The notes beneath the pieces are model-generated. The model saw only the letters and a list, made by a program, of their open reading frames with translations. It did not search any database and was not told the origin of the DNA. The position numbers were made by a program, and so were the translations under genes. Below are positions 57,567 through 64,000 of a stretch of DNA of 64,000 nucleotides, in pieces; positions within the stretch are counted from its first letter, which is position 1, and the number at the start of each line of letters is the position of its first letter. This stretch comes from Eledone cirrhosa (Eukaryota): the NCBI GenBank assembly GCA_964016885.1, contig OZ024740.1, positions 229,462,001-229,526,000 of the forward strand, in the 5' to 3' direction.

Positions 57567-58395
57567 CGAGGTTGTCTGACTGTCTGTCTGTCTACTAAAA
57601 CGGTCGGCACACATCTCCTCCTAAACCGTACGTTCAAATTTCGGTGAAATTGCTACACTTATAGACGAAGATTCGGCGGAGACATCGGTCAAAATATTTT
57701 TCAAATCGACCCACGCCAAGTGCAAAAATCGAATTTGTAATGTATTGATTTTTCAGTTCAAATGTAACGTGCAAAAGTACAAAAATACACGAACAACTTT
57801 CGGGCCAGCAAAATTTTAACCTGCAAAATTCATGAGTTCGAAATTTCAACATTAAGCTTCCATTTTGCTTCATTTCCATTAAAAAGTCTTTTAAAACAAT
57901 ATTTTTACTTGAAAACAAGCCTATTTGAATACACCGTAAAACAAGCAAATATTTTGTAAAAAAAGCATTGATCTCGAATAAAGCCTTATGAGATTTTCAT
58001 TTAGAAGCAATGATTTTAAACGACAGACAGATAACGTATTTTTGTTTTTGTTTTTCATGTCCATCCAATTTCTTTGTTTCAAAATAACTGATAGTTTGGT
58101 TACGCTGATGTTTTTCTCTGAGACAAGTGTTGCAGTGTTTACATTTTCGATTTTTGTTAATAGATTACAAGTCAGTTTTTATCCCCAGCATCCTCTTTTG
58201 TTTTAACATTCGGGTTATGGTTATGTTTTCTTAACTTCATAAGGCATACTGTTGGTTGAGGGAATATTAATCAAAAGTACCACATGAAAGTCTACACTGT
58301 AGACTCTACAGTTTTTAAGCCAAGAAAGGAACTTAACATTGTAACTTTAACAAAGCTACTGAGCAGCCCCGAGCAACGCCGGGCTTTACTGCTAG
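57562..58395 (+). mobile_element. Non-autonomous Helitron
   Basis: 5' TATAAAA plus (GTCT)n; 3' CCCGAGCAACGCCGGG hairpin followed by CTAG; flanked by TA. Confidence 0.75.
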
Positions 58396-58735
58396 TATAT
58401 ATATGAAATAGTAAAAAAGGAAAAAAAAACAGTAGAAAATGCTAGAGGGATCTTCTCTCAGAATAATATCAAAACATTTATTTACAAAATAAGAATTTCC
58501 GCATTTAATTGTACCGGTTTTAGCTTATGTGCTTGTTCAACGACGGAAATGTATAATGCAATTAAATTGCATATTAATAAGAATAATAGGAATATGGGGA
58601 AAAAATTGCTTTTACATACATATTTAGGAAGAACAGTTCACATTTTTGTCCGTAATGTTCTTTCTTTCTCTCTTAGTATTGACCTCAGCCTTACGAACAG
58701 TGTTGGTAGCAGTTTAAGCTGTTGGTTTCGACTGT

Positions 58736-58767
<32 letters not shown>

Positions 58768-58924
58768 TCTGAGGATTTGGTCAGAGGTAAATAATGTAAT
58801 GGAGATCGAGTGACGCAACTTCGAGCGATTAGCGGCCTCTAGACTCACCTGATCAATGAAACAATTGTTAATAACTGAAATAAAGTCCCTTGTTGTACAG
58901 CCAACCATGTTACTCTTCATTCTT

Positions 58925-59001
<77 letters not shown>

Positions 59002-59021
59002 TATATATATATAAAGAAAAA

Positions 59022-59059
59022 AACTAGGTTTCACATTGAGCTCAATGTGAAACCTAGTT
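59022..59059. repeat. Perfect 38-bp palindrome containing GAAAC-CTAG-TT (3' half of a hammerhead)
   Basis: AACTAGGTTTCACATTGAG|CTCAATGTGAAACCTAGTT. Confidence 0.85.
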
Positions 59060-59361
59060 GTTTTGTTCTTAATGTATACACTCTGCTGTCTCAGTGATTA
59101 ACCTGATGGGCTTTTGTCTCGTGGTTCCTGTCATGCTCAGCAATTTGTAGGATCTGCTAAGGAACTGGCCTGTAAACCCTCTCCATCCTACACCAATGGG
59201 CTTACACCTTGCTCACCTCTCATTCATCTGGCATAACTCCACTATCTCTGCATGCACCCCCTCTTCTTCTCATTGACCTCCTCAAAGTGGTCCTGCCAGG
59301 GAATTGAAAGGTGTATTAGAACTAGAAACATAGAAGTTCCTGAAGATCCATCTTTGGCCTT

Positions 59362-59548
59362 AATAATTGTTTCTACTTTTGGCACAAGGCCAGCAATTAT
59401 CCCAGTGCATTACTGGTGCTTTATTTTATCGACCCTGTAAGGATGAAAGGCAAAGTTAACCTCAGCTGGATTTGAACTCAGATCATAAAGGGCCGTAACT
59501 CTATGTTTCAAAGCATGGCGTCCGACCCTCTACCGATACTGTCAATCC
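59362..59548 (-). mobile_element. SINE family A
   Basis: Full body homology to 7647-7838. Confidence 0.9.
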
Positions 59549-59679
59549 AAATGTTGGGATGACTGTTTCCGGGAACTTAGTTACTCGTCTAGAATATTAT
59601 TCAGCTCATAATCTTGTCTTTGATAGCAGATCAGAAGTGACGTCAGTAGGTAATCTTACCTTCACTCTAATCTTGTTGT

Positions 59680-61800
<2,121 letters not shown>

Positions 61801-61949
61801 CCACACAGACAAAATATTTTTAAAAAGACAGAATAAAAAAATATACATTACAGAGTAGGCCAGGTCTGATAATTAACGAATATAATAGGATTTGGAATGA
61901 TGGAAAATATAAGAAATAATATAGCAAATACTGTAAATAAGGAAAATTC

Positions 61950-62790
61950 TTGTTGTTGGATCTCCGTCAGTCTCGACGTCGAGCGTTTGAGTTACTTGAT
62001 CAACGGAACAAACAGCTCGTGAAATTAACGTATAAGTGATTGAAAATTTCACCAACATGTGTACTCTTAACGAAAGTCTCAGGGAGATTCGTTGTGTCAT
62101 AATGAGTGATAAGGCTGACACTTTAAATTACAGATATCTAAACTTAATGAAAGTCCTAGGGATATTCAACATGGCACAGTATGTGACAAGGCTGACATTT
62201 TGAATTACAGGTACTGTCCGTCCGCCAGGCACCCAAGTGACTGAGCATTCCACAGACACATATACTGTTAATGTAATTCTCAGGGAGATTCAGCACGGAA
62301 CAGTATGTAACAAGGTTGACACTGAATTACAGTTACAGTCCATCCAATAGGCATCCACGTAGATGACCATTCCATAGGTTCATATACTGTGAGTGTAATT
62401 CTCAGGGAGATTCAGTGTGCCACAGTGTGTGACAAAGCTGAAACTGAATTACAGTTACAGTCCATCCAATAGGCACCCACGTAGATGACAATTCCACAGA
62501 TACATGTACTGTGAGTGTAATTCTCAGGGAGATTCAGTGTGCGACAGTGTGTGACAAGGTTGACACTGAATTACAGATTCAACTCCTTTTTGCCGCCTAT
62601 TCAGTGGACTAACGTTTTCGCTATGTGTGTCTGTGTTAAACCACTGTCAGTTGCCGTGACGAAGGTTCAAGTTGCTAGATCCACAGATCACCCTGCTCAA
62701 GAAATCAACACGCAAATGACTGAGCATTTTATAGGCACGTGTACGCTTAACATAATTCTCAAGAAGATTTAACGTGATACACTCTTACAA
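61950..62790 (-). mobile_element. SINE family B 3' domains with a 122-bp tandem amplification
   Basis: AATTCTCAGGGAGATTCAG at ~62275, ~62397 and ~62519. Confidence 0.75.
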
Positions 62791-63290
62791 AGGTGGGCCT
62801 TGATAGTAAGCTCGTGTGTTCCATTCCCGGCGACGCAATGTGCTATTGAGCAAGACGTGCTTTAGTAACAATCGTAAGGTCATATGTTCAATTCCCGACG
62901 GTGCGTTGTGTTCTTGAACAAGACACTATATTTCATTCTACTCCAATAGACTCACACATGAAAAAATTACGATACACATTTCTTTGGAATGCTCAGTGAC
63001 TTGTACGTTAATTTCACGAGCAGGCAGTCCCGTTGATGGACCAACTAACACACTCGTCGTTGAAACCGACGGAGTCCAACGACAACGTAATAGGATTTTA
63101 AATAATAGAAAAAAAGCAAGATAGAATTTGAAGGTATGTATCATTGGGATTTGGGAATTGTTTGCCAAGGAACTATATATAAAAACCTCTTGATGGAGCC
63201 ACCGTAGAAGTACCACCTTGATACACGACGTGTCTGGAGTAATTTAAACGAGAATAAGGGGAAGAAAAATCAGTGCTCGTACATGACTGA

Positions 63291-63492
63291 CACGAGAGTC
63301 GGCTAAAAAGTTCATAGGCTGACAAAGATACTCCCATGGAATGGCTAAATGAGGTTTATTTTTCAACATAGTCCCTGGAAAGAAACAATGCAGTTATTAA
63401 TAAGAAGAGTTGAAATGAATGCATGCAAGATTTCACACCTCTAGCATCGCTCCTTCATAGTCAGCATATGAACATTTATGCCGACTCTCATG
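63291..63492. mobile_element. Mariner-derived MITE
   Basis: ~33-bp imperfect TIR CACGAGAGTCGGCTAAAAAGTTCATAGGCTGAC / GTCAGCATATGAACATTTATGCCGACTCTCATG. Confidence 0.7.
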
Positions 63493-63941
63493 TTTTATTT
63501 AATGAACTTAGCGGAATTTAAGCTAAGAGCTCATTTTTAATTCGCCGTTCTAAACAATCTGCCAATTTACCGCCATTTTAAAATTGTCATTATGAAATCT
63601 TGAGTTATTATTATCTTGTGTTAATACTTTTATTTATCCTCATATTATTTGGTATTGTTTTAAAATATTTTTCTGTCTATTCTGTTGTTATGTATAGTAT
63701 GTGGTTGTTTGATATGTATATGTTTTACAGAGTGGAAGAGAGTGCACAGCACGCGTGCGGGACGTGCGTCTGTGAGAGTGTGTTTGTGTGTGTGTGTGTG
63801 TGCATGTGTGTGTGTATGCGTGAGTGCATGTGTGCATGTATGTTTTGAGTATTGTATAACGAAGGATAGATAGATAGATAGTTGGTTGAAGGACAGATAG
63901 ACAGATAGATAGATTGTATATATATATACATATATATATAT

Positions 63942-64000
<59 letters not shown>

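Overview
Eukaryotic, AT-rich, microsatellite-saturated non-genic (intergenic or intronic) DNA. The SINE families resemble those I recall from octopus/cephalopod genomes; this is an inference, not checked. I can support no intact host gene, and nearly all supplied ORFs are translations of simple repeats. The window is a graveyard of mobile DNA: a decayed Penelope-like element (RT + GIY-YIG), a near-full-length RTE LINE plus RTE fragments, CRE-clade retrotransposon pieces (one with an N-terminal PHD finger), three tRNA-type SINE families, hAT and mariner MITEs, non-autonomous Helitrons and several minisatellites. Two signals stand out. (1) More than a dozen fold-back (palindromic) inserts sit beside (TA)n tracts, many carrying minimal type-I hammerhead ribozymes pointing outward from the hairpin centre, with family-specific fixed outer ends. 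(2) A non-coding, terminally redundant element family (3 elements plus 1 fragment) has a repeat that folds on the minus strand into a hammerhead core whose three strands are in a non-circularly permuted, pseudoknotted order, supported by compensatory substitutions between copies. All RNA structures were folded by eye and none is experimentally tested; coordinates are approximate to a few bases.
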